Source: a virus. Taken from it: a stretch of DNA of 64,000 bases. The number at the start of each line of letters is the position of its first letter. Position 1 is the first letter of the stretch. A program made the translations under genes and the position numbers. A model generated the notes under the pieces. It ran no database searches. It saw only the letters and a list, made by a program, of their open reading frames with translations, and was not told where the DNA came from. Location of the stretch: positions 32,001 through 96,000 of IMG/VR virus record IMGVR_UViG_3300042389_001478; one strand, 5' to 3'. This document shows, piece after piece, positions 53,296 to 64,000 of the stretch.

Positions 53296-56200
53296 ATGAA
53301 TGAAACAATTTCTGGTACATTGCTTATTGGCTCCGGACTCACTCCAGACATCAGACTATCTGAAACATCTGGAATAGCCACAAGCTTTAATAATAATAAG
53401 AAAAATATTGATTTTAGTATATCAGGAACAGGAAATAATGGCCTAATTTATTTTGATGCTTCTACTGGTCGTTTAGGAGTAGGCACCGGATTACCAGATG
53501 CTGTTCTTCATATTGTTGCTCCGTGCGCCAAAGATGGACTTATTGTTGAGAGTGTTACAAATTGCCCCACTGGCGTAACCCTACTATTAGTACACAACCC
53601 ACAAACTGCTCCACAAAGCGGTAGTTATCCAGCTATTATTAATTTAGCCGGAAGAGACACCAACTATGAAGAAATAGCTTATGGCCAGATAATGTCCCGC
53701 ATACTAGATCCAATTACTGGATTTACTAGTGGCGAACTAATTTTCACAGTTGATGAAACTGGAGTTAATAAACCAATTTTTGTTGGTAATCTACAAAGCA
53801 TAGTTCTTGGCGGAAGAAATCAAATATCTGGATCTAACTATGAAGTAATTGGAAGTACAAACTCAATCACTGGAGTTGGCTTTACTAATATAGGATCTTA
53901 TAATAGTGGATTGTCTACTAGTGGTATTTTAATTGGTAATTTAAATTATGTTAACGGTATTAAAACTTTAGCATTAATTAATAGTGCTAGTATAGTGGGC
54001 AATAACAACATTGGAATGGGTGATCAGATAAAAATTTCTGGGTTGTCTAATGTATTGGTCGGCAATAATAATAGCTTGTCTGGATCACAGAACGTGCTAT
54101 TAGGAGGAAATAACGATTTATTAGCAAGCTACTCAGTAGGCTTGGCTCAATATTCCGTATCTTCTGGAATTTCTGGCATAGCTCTTGGTTCATATATTAA
54201 TAATACTGGTGACTATAATATTTACATAGGTAATCTTAATAGCTTATCGGGTAATAACAATAGTATAGTAGGTTCGTACGTAAGCCTCACCGGAACCAAC
54301 ACTGTTGTTTATGGAAGTTCTGATAATATTTCTGGTAATAGTTTAATAGTCATTGGATCTAATCAGTCAGTGATTAATGTTAATAGTGGTATTTTTATTG
54401 GAAATAATATAACCAGTGAAGATTCATATCGAAGTGTTATTGTTGGATTAGGCAATGCTATTCAAAGCGGTTTGCAAGATAGTATTCTTGTTGGTATTAA
54501 TAACAATCTGTCCAATGGAAATCCAAGCAGCCTGCTTTTGGTAGGACAAGCTAACGTTACTAAAGATATTACAGGATCATTGGTTGTTGGCAATACTAAT
54601 AATTTAAGTGGAACAGTATCTAATAACTTAGTATTGGGTAGTATCAATGCTGTTCCGTCCACAAGCAACAACAACCTAGTGCTTGGAGTACTAAATAACC
54701 AAACTGGGGTTTATATCGATTCAGCTGGTTCTATATATGGAACTCCCAGAAGAACTAATGGCTCAGTAAATAATTCCATAGTTGCTGGTGTCCATAACAT
54801 TATTTCTAATGGTAATGCCGATATTCTTTTAGGTAATAAAAATTCGGTATCAGGATCAAATGCAAATATCTTAGGGTCATACAATAATCTTAAAAATTCT
54901 TCTAACACATATAATGTTGGTAATTCTAACTTTATTGTTGGAGATAAGGTTGGAACACTAGGAAGTAAAATATCTGTAATAGGTCAAGAGTCTGTAGTAT
55001 TTAATACTGCAGATCGTAAAATGGATGTTTTTGGTAGTGGTAATATCGTTATTGGTCATAACGCAGCCGTATCAAGCGGTATTATAGTCGGCACATCAAA
55101 CAAAGCCCATGGAACTAATAATATTATTTATGGTAAAAATAATACAGTTGGTTCCATACGCCACCAATTTACTACGAATAGCCCATTTGCTAATAGTGTT
55201 ACTATTGGTTCGCTGAACGTTGCTAACAAATACACTATAGGAGATACGGTACTAATTTATGTTCAAAATCCTCCTTCTATAACTAATACATTCGTTCGAG
55301 AAATTCAGGACATTGTTGAAGATATAGATACAACGACTATTACGTTCACTACTTCTATTAGTATGGATAGTAGTAATGGCTATTATTCTATTAATCAGGC
55401 TTTCGATGATAATAATTCTCCATCACCTTCCATAAGCGGATTAATTATGCCATACCAGCAAGGTGGTGGCATTGGTGGTCCAGAAACAAATCCCACCTAT
55501 GGTTCTGATAATATCATCGTTGGATCTAATAATAACTATATTTTTAGTAGCGGCGTTGTTATTGGAAATAATAATACTGTTTCTGGGGTTAAAAATGTTG
55601 TTATCGGATATGGCATGAGTGGGGTAGCCAATAATACATTATATGTGGGAACTAATAATAACAATAAAATTATTTTAGACAACGATAAAACAGTATTTAA
55701 CTCAGGTTCAGTACAAGATAATTTCATTATTAAATCTAGTAGTGATAATACCTCTGTAGTTAATATGGATTTAAATAGTAATTATTTTGGTATTAATACC
55801 GACAACCCCACGGCTGCACTCTCGGTCAGTGGACTAACGAGCACATCCACCGTAAGAATAGGTTTTTCTGCACCAGATCAATATGTTTTAACTACAAACG
55901 TCAATGGCTATGGCACATGGCAGCTTCCGGTCAGAATATCTGGAACCGATAATGGATTAATGTATAGAGTAAATAATAAGGTTGCTAGTGGTATTACTGA
56001 AGTTCAGTATGATCCAACAACATCTACAATGGGCTTTAATCTTGATGGGGCCAATGGTTTTTATATCACTTCATCTGGACTATTAGTCAATGACGAAGGT
56101 AATACTTATGGCATTAGGGTACGAGGAAGCGGAGGATCAGATTTCGCCAGAACCTTGCTTCAAACAAATTTTGGTAGAAATAGAATTGACTTTTTTAATA

Positions 56201-57648
56201 TAAGTGGCAATTCTGGTAATTTTAATAATTTCTCTGTTGGTAGTGGAATGATTTTGCCAGTTAGCTTAACTGGTACATTTTTATATGTTAATAATTCTGG
56301 TAATCTAACAAGCTTTGGCTCTAGGGCTTATAGTATACTATTTTCTAATGCTAATTCATGGGCTACTGGTAACACTAGCTATAGATGGATTGATAATCAA
56401 TCTACATTAGTGATGGGGTCTACCGGCGTTGTGTCCTATGATGTTTTAGCTACTAGTACTAATGACACAAGATACAACATATTATTAAGCTCCAATAAAG
56501 ACATAGATACCGTATTTAATAATTTGGGTTTGGGTAATAAATTTTCTGTCATCAATTCTGGACAATTAAACACCAGACGTGGATTACACATCAATCCCGC
56601 TAGCGGACAGGTTGCGATCAACGTTATTCCTGATACTTATGCCGGAATAGCAAGTCAATCGCATTTGTATGTTGAGGGTAAAACACACACCCAGTCATTA
56701 AGAATAGGGAATAATAGTATTTCTGGACTATATCTCAGAGTAGATAATAGTGGCAATGTTTTTTCTAGCCTATTAGATCTCAAGACCCAATTTAGTGGAT
56801 TGTGGCCGTTTTCTGTTACAACAACCTCTTTGGGCGGCAGTGATACTTTTAGGGTTGATCTTGGGCTATCCAATCAAGATAGGTCAAATTTTAGTATGGT
56901 CGGAGTGTCTGGTGATGGCCGGTTCTTAGTTTTTGACTCAACTAAGTGGGACTTATCTAATAGTTTGAAAGTGCCTCAATCAACATGGGTTACTAACAAC
57001 ACTGGTCCTGTTCTCAGGACTCTCAGAGGTATTGAATTTGGATACAGGCCCAAAATTAATTACACATACCACAGCCACGTTTTTGCATCAAGTTCTTTCT
57101 TAGATTCATCATCTTTGTATGATGGATCATCTCAGTTCTCCCAATATTACCTAAGATCCCGCACAGTAGGCAACGACATAGCTGAACTTACTACAGACTG
57201 GGGTAAAAATAGCAGTAATGACGTAAGCCAATATAATACCATTAGTTTAAAAAACACAAATGGTTATGATTATGATAATGTATGGAACTATAAGATTTTT
57301 GTATCAGTAATTTGGCAAGATGGTACCACCACACAAACCGTTACTGGTCCAAAATCTGCTGCTGGCATGACTATTGAAGGATGTGTTTTTAGATCAGCAG
57401 ATGGAGGAATATTCACTAAACTAGGCAAGGAGAATATTAATGTGTATGCTACTGGTATTGGAGCAGTTGGGATGCCTGCTGGTATGGGTATTGCAACATA
57501 CATAGACAATGATGCTAATCAAACATTAATGCCTCGATTAGCTATTCAAGCCACAGGAGTTGCTGGAAAAACGACATTATGGAGCGCCTCTGCTCAGATT
57601 AATCAATTAAATCACCCTGCTGGATCTAATTTATTCGGAAATACTTAG
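53296..57648 (+). CDS. 1,450-aa tail fibre/spike with long beta-helix (IGxxN repeats)
   Basis: GRLGVGTGLPDAVLHI and FGINTDNPTAALSV fibre motifs. About 450 aa of regular (I/V)(I/V)GxxNx(I/L)xG repeats at 53790-55150, resuming at about 55500. Confidence 0.8.
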   Translation: MNETISGTLLIGSGLTPDIRLSETSGIATSFNNNKKNIDFSISGTGNNGLIYFDASTGRLGVGTGLPDAVLHIVAPCAKDGLIVESVTNCPTGVTLLLVHNPQTAPQSGSYPAIINLAGRDTNYEEIAYGQIMSRILDPITGFTSGELIFTVDETGVNKPIFVGNLQSIVLGGRNQISGSNYEVIGSTNSITGVGFTNIGSYNSGLSTSGILIGNLNYVNGIKTLALINSASIVGNNNIGMGDQIKISGLSNVLVGNNNSLSGSQNVLLGGNNDLLASYSVGLAQYSVSSGISGIALGSYINNTGDYNIYIGNLNSLSGNNNSIVGSYVSLTGTNTVVYGSSDNISGNSLIVIGSNQSVINVNSGIFIGNNITSEDSYRSVIVGLGNAIQSGLQDSILVGINNNLSNGNPSSLLLVGQANVTKDITGSLVVGNTNNLSGTVSNNLVLGSINAVPSTSNNNLVLGVLNNQTGVYIDSAGSIYGTPRRTNGSVNNSIVAGVHNIISNGNADILLGNKNSVSGSNANILGSYNNLKNSSNTYNVGNSNFIVGDKVGTLGSKISVIGQESVVFNTADRKMDVFGSGNIVIGHNAAVSSGIIVGTSNKAHGTNNIIYGKNNTVGSIRHQFTTNSPFANSVTIGSLNVANKYTIGDTVLIYVQNPPSITNTFVREIQDIVEDIDTTTITFTTSISMDSSNGYYSINQAFDDNNSPSPSISGLIMPYQQGGGIGGPETNPTYGSDNIIVGSNNNYIFSSGVVIGNNNTVSGVKNVVIGYGMSGVANNTLYVGTNNNNKIILDNDKTVFNSGSVQDNFIIKSSSDNTSVVNMDLNSNYFGINTDNPTAALSVSGLTSTSTVRIGFSAPDQYVLTTNVNGYGTWQLPVRISGTDNGLMYRVNNKVASGITEVQYDPTTSTMGFNLDGANGFYITSSGLLVNDEGNTYGIRVRGSGGSDFARTLLQTNFGRNRIDFFNISGNSGNFNNFSVGSGMILPVSLTGTFLYVNNSGNLTSFGSRAYSILFSNANSWATGNTSYRWIDNQSTLVMGSTGVVSYDVLATSTNDTRYNILLSSNKDIDTVFNNLGLGNKFSVINSGQLNTRRGLHINPASGQVAINVIPDTYAGIASQSHLYVEGKTHTQSLRIGNNSISGLYLRVDNSGNVFSSLLDLKTQFSGLWPFSVTTTSLGGSDTFRVDLGLSNQDRSNFSMVGVSGDGRFLVFDSTKWDLSNSLKVPQSTWVTNNTGPVLRTLRGIEFGYRPKINYTYHSHVFASSSFLDSSSLYDGSSQFSQYYLRSRTVGNDIAELTTDWGKNSSNDVSQYNTISLKNTNGYDYDNVWNYKIFVSVIWQDGTTTQTVTGPKSAAGMTIEGCVFRSADGGIFTKLGKENINVYATGIGAVGMPAGMGIATYIDNDANQTLMPRLAIQATGVAGKTTLWSASAQINQLNHPAGSNLFGNT

Positions 57649-57673
57649 GACTTTTTAATTTAGGAAATTATTT

Positions 57674-59263
57674 ATGGCAAATGGAGCTTATATAAAATAC
57701 GGAAACTTTAGTTTTCTTGCTAATAGTGGATATCCAATTCCATCAATAAGCATATCTCAAGAATACCAAAGAGATGGAGCTGGCCGCCAGATAGGAGCTA
57801 CTGTTTCTATTGCTTTAGAAGGAAAGATTTATAGTGGTAGTGGAGATAAAGGTTTTTCTCATTTACTTACTAAAGAAAGCGGTTTAAGACAAGCTTTTAG
57901 TTATGATGGTAATAACTTTGTTGTTGGGTGTAGTGATGGAACTCAAACCACCTTTAGTGGTATAAAAGTTTCTCGATACAATGCTAGTAAAACCGAAAAT
58001 AATTGGACAACCACTATAGACTATAGTATTGATTTACAATCAGAAGTAGCAAATACTGGTAGCGGTATTTTCAACGTTACTAGCACTCAAGATGATTGGA
58101 GCATAGAAACGATTGATGAATTTTCATATTCACGATCTCCAGTAAGCATGAGCCTTTTGGGTTTTGGATCTAATTTTCAGTTTCCACAAGGAAAAAATTA
58201 TCCTTTTTATAGAATCAGTCGCACAATAGGAGCAGTTGGTAAGTTTATACCAACAAGCGGCTCTGGTGGCAACGTATCTCTTACTGGTATCAATACCGCA
58301 GTCTCTAACGCTAAAAACTGGGTTAATTATCATCTTCCACTAAATCCAACCTATTCTGGTATTATTAAAAGTTTATCTTTGTATAATTTTGTTAGAAATG
58401 TCAATAGTAGTGAAATTGAAGGCTCTTATAGAATAACAGATAATTGGATAGCTATTCCTAGTGGGTTAAGTGGGCTATACACCGAAAGCTTTAATATTGA
58501 AAGCTCATTAGACTCTTCATTAATGAGAACCGTAACCCTCAATGGTACTGTGAAAGGATTAGAGCTATTTAATAGTGGTAATTATAATAATTCATCACTA
58601 GATAATTTATCTAATAATATTAAATTAACAAGTAATGGTTCTACAAAATTTGATAACGCCATTAGCGGATACTCCTCTGTTAAAAACTTGCTATATGGTA
58701 GAGCACAGACTTTTATGGTTAGCGGCAGTGCTGCGACGGCAACCTTTTATGGTGGACTCGGAAGTGTTGTCGCCGGACAATTTGCTAATAGAACCGAAAG
58801 TCCTTTGAACCCTATTCCAGTAAGCGCTACCGAAGGGTTTAATCCAGCAGAAGGAAGCATAACATATAGTTGGTCTTTTAATAATCGTCCTATGAACATT
58901 ATTAGCGGAGCTATTAGCGAAACATTAACCGTTGATGATACATTTCCAACACAAGTAGTAGGAAGTATTTATGTGCTTGGTAGAAGATTAGGACCAGTTT
59001 TACAGGATATCGGCACAGTAACTTCTTATAGTAGATCGGTTACGATGGAAGTGGTTTTCCCCAAACCATCTAGTCTTAGAAATATAACATTTCCTGGAGA
59101 TGCTTATAGATCTATAACAGGAATAATCGATTCGTTAGATCCTAAAAATCTATATGCTGACGGAATACGATCATTTGTTAAGCAAAATAGTGAAAACTGG
59201 AATGCAACCGAAGGAAGATTTACCAAGACTAAAGCGTGGGAATATACAAGATGCATCTACTAA
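57674..59263 (+). CDS. Probable distal-tail (Dit-like) protein with repeated tube-like beta modules
   Basis: 529 aa downstream of the TMP. Repeated pattern of a beta strand followed by (R/V)xxTxxGxxKG / xSxxxGAVGK-like hairpins, which resembles tail-tube-fold repeats. The assignment is by position and pattern. Confidence 0.5.
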   Translation: MANGAYIKYGNFSFLANSGYPIPSISISQEYQRDGAGRQIGATVSIALEGKIYSGSGDKGFSHLLTKESGLRQAFSYDGNNFVVGCSDGTQTTFSGIKVSRYNASKTENNWTTTIDYSIDLQSEVANTGSGIFNVTSTQDDWSIETIDEFSYSRSPVSMSLLGFGSNFQFPQGKNYPFYRISRTIGAVGKFIPTSGSGGNVSLTGINTAVSNAKNWVNYHLPLNPTYSGIIKSLSLYNFVRNVNSSEIEGSYRITDNWIAIPSGLSGLYTESFNIESSLDSSLMRTVTLNGTVKGLELFNSGNYNNSSLDNLSNNIKLTSNGSTKFDNAISGYSSVKNLLYGRAQTFMVSGSAATATFYGGLGSVVAGQFANRTESPLNPIPVSATEGFNPAEGSITYSWSFNNRPMNIISGAISETLTVDDTFPTQVVGSIYVLGRRLGPVLQDIGTVTSYSRSVTMEVVFPKPSSLRNITFPGDAYRSITGIIDSLDPKNLYADGIRSFVKQNSENWNATEGRFTKTKAWEYTRCIY

Positions 59264-59279
59264 TTAGCTAGAGGAAATA

Positions 59280-62200
59280 ATGACAGATACGTGTACTAAT
59301 AGATTACCATATAAGGCTGTCGGACCATATAATCAAACTTTATTCTTGGGTTGCAGTATAACTAATTTTAATATTAGTTTAGGGTGGGGTGGAGAAGCCA
59401 GCACTTTAACAGTGAACCTGTTAGATGATCGAGCATATCACCCATCATCAGCAGTCTTTGCGTCAATGGAAAATCGTCTAGTGCAGATCAATACTCAGTC
59501 TCAATCTCAATCCAATGCTTCTAATGCGCTTAAGGTTAATCCGACAACAGGCGATGTGGAAACTGATAATACTAAAACTATGCATCGAACCATTTCTCAA
59601 GAAATGGAAAACCAAGAAAGATCACGATTTTCAAATAATAAAAGACTTTACGATAATCCTCAAACGACCGATAATCAAAATATTATTGATAACGGCAAGG
59701 TTTGCTGGAGCTCTGCGGGGACTAAAAAGTTTTGGACAGATCCCGACCTTGGATTTTTAGGCTTGCCTAATAAGTTTAATAATAGAGGATATGATATTAT
59801 AGGAACTCCGGTTCTTTTTAAGTTTGATGATTTATTTTTTGGGGGAATGATTTATTCTTGGAAAAATGTTGGGTCGCAGGGTGGTTGGCCAACATATGAA
59901 GTTGAAATACGAAGTTTTGCTAGCTTATTGAATGGGTCTCAATTAATTATTGATGGATACGCCGGTACTGTCGCATCTCTTGTTGGTAATACTAGTGATA
60001 ATCCAACAGGGCTAGATGTTTGCGTTCCTCATTCATATCTTAGATTGCCCGGCGGAAATTCGGCTTTACCATATAACGGATCGATAGTGCAGGGTAATTT
60101 ACCCAATGTTTTTAATATTTATGGACATTTAGAGGCAGATGGTTTTGGCAATTCAGGACGAACGGATAGAGGCATTTCTGCTCTGGCAATATACAATGCT
60201 TTAGTCTCTATGCTAGGCCCAGGAACCGATGAAAGTCATAGTCCATTTAATCCGTATGGAGCCCTTCTTGGAAGAACAATTACTGATATGGACGGCAATT
60301 CTGTTGATCCCTATAACACCATTTATCGACCTAGTTTAACCAATCCAAATTATCAGTTATCTTTGCATGATATTGGAATTTGTCGTAATAGAGTTCCGGT
60401 GGTCGCAGCCAATGGAGCAACTCCAGATACTAGCTTTAGACGAAGTATGTTTAAACTAGACCTAAGCCAAGTTCCAGCTCCGCCAGCCGCTTTATATATG
60501 CAGGGCCCAACAATATCCATCATGCAGTTTCTTACAGAGATTTGCGACGGCGCTGGGGTAGATTTTTTCATAGACTTTATACCAGCAAGCGGAAACGACG
60601 ATTATGCTGGTACCATTAAAGTGCGAACCGTATCTCGTAGGGTTCAACCAAATAGAGAAATCATAAAAAACATTGTTGATAATCTAATATCAGAGCATAT
60701 ACAAGTAAGTTCATATAATTATGGACAAGAATTTAATGATCAAAATACTAGAGTAATGTATGTTGGAGGAAAACAAAAACGATTATTGCAAGTAAAGTCT
60801 ACTCCATTAGCTAGTAAACAGAATACATTAATATTCGATCCATTTGCAAATGACGGACTTGGATCATTTATTGACTATTCAGCCCTGGGGCAGCCAGGAA
60901 CAAATCAAGTACGAGAACCAAACCTGATGAGCACCAGAAGCTATAGATACAGAATGGCTCCTGGTGGTGGTGCTGTAGTAGCAGAATCTCAAACAAAAGA
61001 AAATTTTCCCGCTGGAGGCTATAGCGACGGATCTTTTGCTGACCCAACCTATTTCGCAGATGCTGGTTCCTCACTACTTATTAATAGAGGTAACTATCAT
61101 GACGCTAAAAATATACAAACTATACAAACAACAGTAGCTCTTCCTATGGCTAATCATCCATATTACACTAATATGATTAGTCCGTATTTTGGTGTTGGGG
61201 CCAATGGTCTTGGTAGGAAGGTATTTTTTGATCCTGCTATGGGTCAAATGCAAATTATCTTTGATGTTAAAGATATTACAGATATTGTCTCTGCGACCAC
61301 TCCTGGCTATGATGGTTTTAGTTCTAACTCTCCACAGTTTATGGTTTTAGAAAATGAACTTAGAGCAGCCTCCAAGGGCCTCGGTGAATGGATGGTTTAT
61401 TGTTTTAATAGTCCTTTTACCACTGATATTGAAGAATTAACATACAAAATCTTTAGACAGTCTTTTGGTCCCATGGGGTCTAGGGAAAAGTTTTTTGATG
61501 TTAAATCGTTTGTCATCCTTGAATCTATTAGTAAGTTTAATCAAATCAATCAAGGAAGGCCCCACAGAGTTAATTTAAATTCGGCTGCGGCATATATGAA
61601 AATATGGTATAAAAATTTTGAGGCTATTCATCAATTTTTTCAAAAAATAGCATCAGAGTACTACGGCAAACAATTTATGATCAAGATGCCATCACCGAGA
61701 TGGTATGAAGATAGCAGTATTTTACCCACAGAAACCGCTAATATAAACACCCTGCTCAATACTGGAGTCTCTAATACCATAACAATCAGACAAGGCTCTG
61801 GAAAGATTTATACTGATTGGGAATTATCTCCTGACGGAGCATGGGAAGAGCCGGGCAATTTAATAGATGATATGATATATATCGGATCTCCTAACGCCAG
61901 CATGATGATGGATGAACAAGGCAAAATACCACCAATAATAGGGTACAATGCCTCCGCTGAATATGACTATAAACAAATGTATCTTGGAAGATTTTACGCT
62001 GCTCAGGCTTCTATTTCAAATGCGGTTCTTGGCAGTGTTTGGGGAAACTATATTGATCTTATCAGATTTGAGGTCAGAAATAATGCCAGAGACCATTTTT
62101 ATAGTTCCATAAACCACTCATTGCCTTCCAATGAATATATAACACTACCATATAATAATGCAGCAGCTAGAAATTTAAAAACCGCGCACGGGCAACCATT

Positions 62201-64000
62201 AAATGGTAATAATCTATCCAAAATGTATGTTAAGTCCTCGTTATCTAGCGATATAGTCTTTTTAGATTTTATCAACGGAAACTATGCTGAGCCAAGAGCC
62301 ATTATGACCATATCTTCTCCAGTATTTATTGGAGCAAACAGAAACACTACGGATAATCAGCTGGACGCAATTCAGCGTTATGATAGCATAGCTAAATATA
62401 CAAGAGGAAGCAGCATACCCACACCGGCTATTGGCATAGCAGCAGGAAATACTATTTGGGGCGGATTAAGATGGAAAATTAATCCAAGCGCTACTACATA
62501 TAGAAATATCGTAGCTGGAACAGCTAGGGCCGAGGCTTCTTTATACGGAACTAGCTCCAACCCAGATGATCCAAGCAGTGCGAATGTGCATGTTCTAGAA
62601 AAGGCCGCTGTGCCATCGTTTGCTGCTATACCAATTCAGTCTAATTTAGCTATTTACGGACCCTGGATCAATCATCCTGGATCGATAGCCGCTGGAAGTA
62701 ATGGAATTTTTTCTGGTCGTGTTAACCCATATTACGATGTTAATAATCTAATTGGTGGATCAAAAGTTAATATTGACGAGGGTTTGGTTCCATGGAATTA
62801 TGGAGGAATGGACGCTCTTGACAGCGCTGTTTTAGAGAAAATTTTTGAAGACGTTAATTATCAACAGATCAATGAACAGGGAAGCATACAAGTTCCAGGA
62901 TACATGCTCACCACGAGCACGAACGGTTCTGCATATAACGTTGGAGATGCTTTGCAGTATCTTGGAGTGGCTAATGGTCCAATAGTCAGCAATATTCAGG
63001 TACAGGTTGGAGAAGGAGGTATTACGACATCCTATAACATGAGAACATATGTTAGAAAACTTGGTTTTTTTAATAAAGAAAATTCTGATCGTATGAAATT
63101 AATAGGACAAGAAGCGATTAAAAGACGCAAAGAAATAGCCACAAGTATTGCTACCCTAACTCAAAAACTAGGCACTGGATCGTCTAATGGTTTTGGTAGC
63201 ATGGGCGCTGATGAGATTTATGATGTTCTACAAAATCATACCTCTTTTCCGGCTATGTTACGAACTAGTCCTTTAACAGTATTAGCGGGACAAGCATATC
63301 CTAATGTGAATCATAAAAGCAGTTTGACTGATCTTCAAACCCAACTGGGTTATTCCCCATCTTGGAATATGCTACCAGCTAGTTTGGATAGTAGCATATC
63401 ATATACTCCAGAGCAAATGATTAAACAACTAACATATAGCTCATTATATGATGTAGAAGAGGTTCCTAAAGAATTAGTAGCGGACTATCATAAAAAATCT
63501 TTTATGAGTTTAGATGGATTATTATCGCCAATATCATTTTATCCAACAGAATTTAGTGCAACATATCATGCTACAAAGTATCCAACAGAAGCATGTCCGT
63601 TTTGCAAAGGGACGAGGAGGTATAAATATACAACAGCATCGGACACCAATCTACAATCAACATTAGCTTCTAACGGTAACTGTCAAAATATTATGTCCTT
63701 AGTAGCCAATAGTCGTGTTACTATGACTGAGGACTGTAGGTTTTGTGAACCAACAGCTGATAAAGTTAAGAGAAGCTTTATTAGCGCGTCGTCTAAAGAA
63801 ACTACTCCTCCGTATGTCATTGCTAGCGGAGACGACTTAACCCTGGTTAATAATCTTAGATTTGCTGGCTTGACTGGCAATCCTATTATTAATCAAAACA
63901 CATTAAATCCAATATTAACTTCGCTAGGAGAATTTAGTTGTTTTCAAAATAGGCAAGTGGGCGATCTTACTGCTCATTCTATAGAAATTATTGGAGACGG
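59280..64000 (+). CDS. Large baseplate-hub/central-fibre-like tail protein (>1,570 aa, 3' partial, absent from the ORF track)
   Basis: ATG at 59280 after RBS GAGGA. MTDTCTNRLPYKAVGPYNQTLFLGCSITNFNISLGWGGEASTLTVNL... No stop in the segments I translated (start, middle samples, end), and its absence from the complete-ORF track fits an ORF running off the edge. Hub-like segment SIMQFLTEICDGAGVDFFIDF...YGQEFNDQNTRVMYVGG. Confidence 0.8.
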   Translation, partial: MTDTCTNRLPYKAVGPYNQTLFLGCSITNFNISLGWGGEASTLTVNLLDDRAYHPSSAVFASMENRLVQINTQSQSQSNASNALKVNPTTGDVETDNTKTMHRTISQEMENQERSRFSNNKRLYDNPQTTDNQNIIDNGKVCWSSAGTKKFWTDPDLGFLGLPNKFNNRGYDIIGTPVLFKFDDLFFGGMIYSWKNVGSQGGWPTYEVEIRSFASLLNGSQLIIDGYAGTVASLVGNTSDNPTGLDVCVPHSYLRLPGGNSALPYNGSIVQGNLPNVFNIYGHLEADGFGNSGRTDRGISALAIYNALVSMLGPGTDESHSPFNPYGALLGRTITDMDGNSVDPYNTIYRPSLTNPNYQLSLHDIGICRNRVPVVAANGATPDTSFRRSMFKLDLSQVPAPPAALYMQGPTISIMQFLTEICDGAGVDFFIDFIPASGNDDYAGTIKVRTVSRRVQPNREIIKNIVDNLISEHIQVSSYNYGQEFNDQNTRVMYVGGKQKRLLQVKSTPLASKQNTLIFDPFANDGLGSFIDYSALGQPGTNQVREPNLMSTRSYRYRMAPGGGAVVAESQTKENFPAGGYSDGSFADPTYFADAGSSLLINRGNYHDAKNIQTIQTTVALPMANHPYYTNMISPYFGVGANGLGRKVFFDPAMGQMQIIFDVKDITDIVSATTPGYDGFSSNSPQFMVLENELRAASKGLGEWMVYCFNSPFTTDIEELTYKIFRQSFGPMGSREKFFDVKSFVILESISKFNQINQGRPHRVNLNSAAAYMKIWYKNFEAIHQFFQKIASEYYGKQFMIKMPSPRWYEDSSILPTETANINTLLNTGVSNTITIRQGSGKIYTDWELSPDGAWEEPGNLIDDMIYIGSPNASMMMDEQGKIPPIIGYNASAEYDYKQMYLGRFYAAQASISNAVLGSVWGNYIDLIRFEVRNNARDHFYSSINHSLPSNEYITLPYNNAAARNLKTAHGQPLNGNNLSKMYVKSSLSSDIVFLDFINGNYAEPRAIMTISSPVFIGANRNTTDNQLDAIQRYDSIAKYTRGSSIPTPAIGIAAGNTIWGGLRWKINPSATTYRNIVAGTARAEASLYGTSSNPDDPSSANVHVLEKAAVPSFAAIPIQSNLAIYGPWINHPGSIAAGSNGIFSGRVNPYYDVNNLIGGSKVNIDEGLVPWNYGGMDALDSAVLEKIFEDVNYQQINEQGSIQVPGYMLTTSTNGSAYNVGDALQYLGVANGPIVSNIQVQVGEGGITTSYNMRTYVRKLGFFNKENSDRMKLIGQEAIKRRKEIATSIATLTQKLGTGSSNGFGSMGADEIYDVLQNHTSFPAMLRTSPLTVLAGQAYPNVNHKSSLTDLQTQLGYSPSWNMLPASLDSSISYTPEQMIKQLTYSSLYDVEEVPKELVADYHKKSFMSLDGLLSPISFYPTEFSATYHATKYPTEACPFCKGTRRYKYTTASDTNLQSTLASNGNCQNIMSLVANSRVTMTEDCRFCEPTADKVKRSFISASSKETTPPYVIASGDDLTLVNNLRFAGLTGNPIINQNTLNPILTSLGEFSCFQNRQVGDLTAHSIEIIGD

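Noticed and set aside
32906-56873. Numerous 60-200-aa minus-strand ORFs opposite the TMP and fibre genes
   Set aside because: They are antisense by-products of biased codon usage, with no initiation signals or recognisable motifs.
1-64000. Stop-codon reassignment (code 15/4) as seen in some large phages
   Set aside because: ORFs of 4,221 and 6,899 codons are open in code 11, coding density is near complete, and TAG, TGA and TAA all end genes followed by RBS or overlapping starts.

Overview
This window is part of the virion-morphogenesis (late) region of a large, AT-rich tailed dsDNA phage with a siphovirus-type gene layout. All credible genes are on the + strand, tightly packed, with AGGA/GGAG ribosome-binding sites and ATGA/GTGA overlaps. 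The order is: fibre/decoration genes (LamG, Gly-rich); a probable head-tail adaptor; about 20 kb of fibre/adhesin genes including a 4,221-aa protein; neck and tail-completion genes; major tail protein; probable tail chaperones; an intrinsic terminator; a 6,899-aa tape measure protein (TMP); a 1,450-aa fibre; a distal-tail-like protein; and a hub-like ORF that runs off the right edge. The standout is the TMP, which looks like a polyvalent cargo protein. Conserved GG-linker and GTDTVPAMLTPGEFVVN repeats separate modules carrying motifs of two PD-(D/E)xK nuclease-like domains, a protein-kinase-like domain, a HAD phosphatase, an ADP-ribosyltransferase and several unrecognised domains. This suggests effectors delivered with the genome. 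Other notable patterns are nested (domain-inside-domain) insertions in fibre proteins, an amicyanin-type copper-site motif at the end of the giant fibre, a lectin-like fusion on a neck protein, a GC-rich imported LamG cassette and a recurring intergenic promoter-like motif. All domain calls come from motif recognition by eye; no searches were run.
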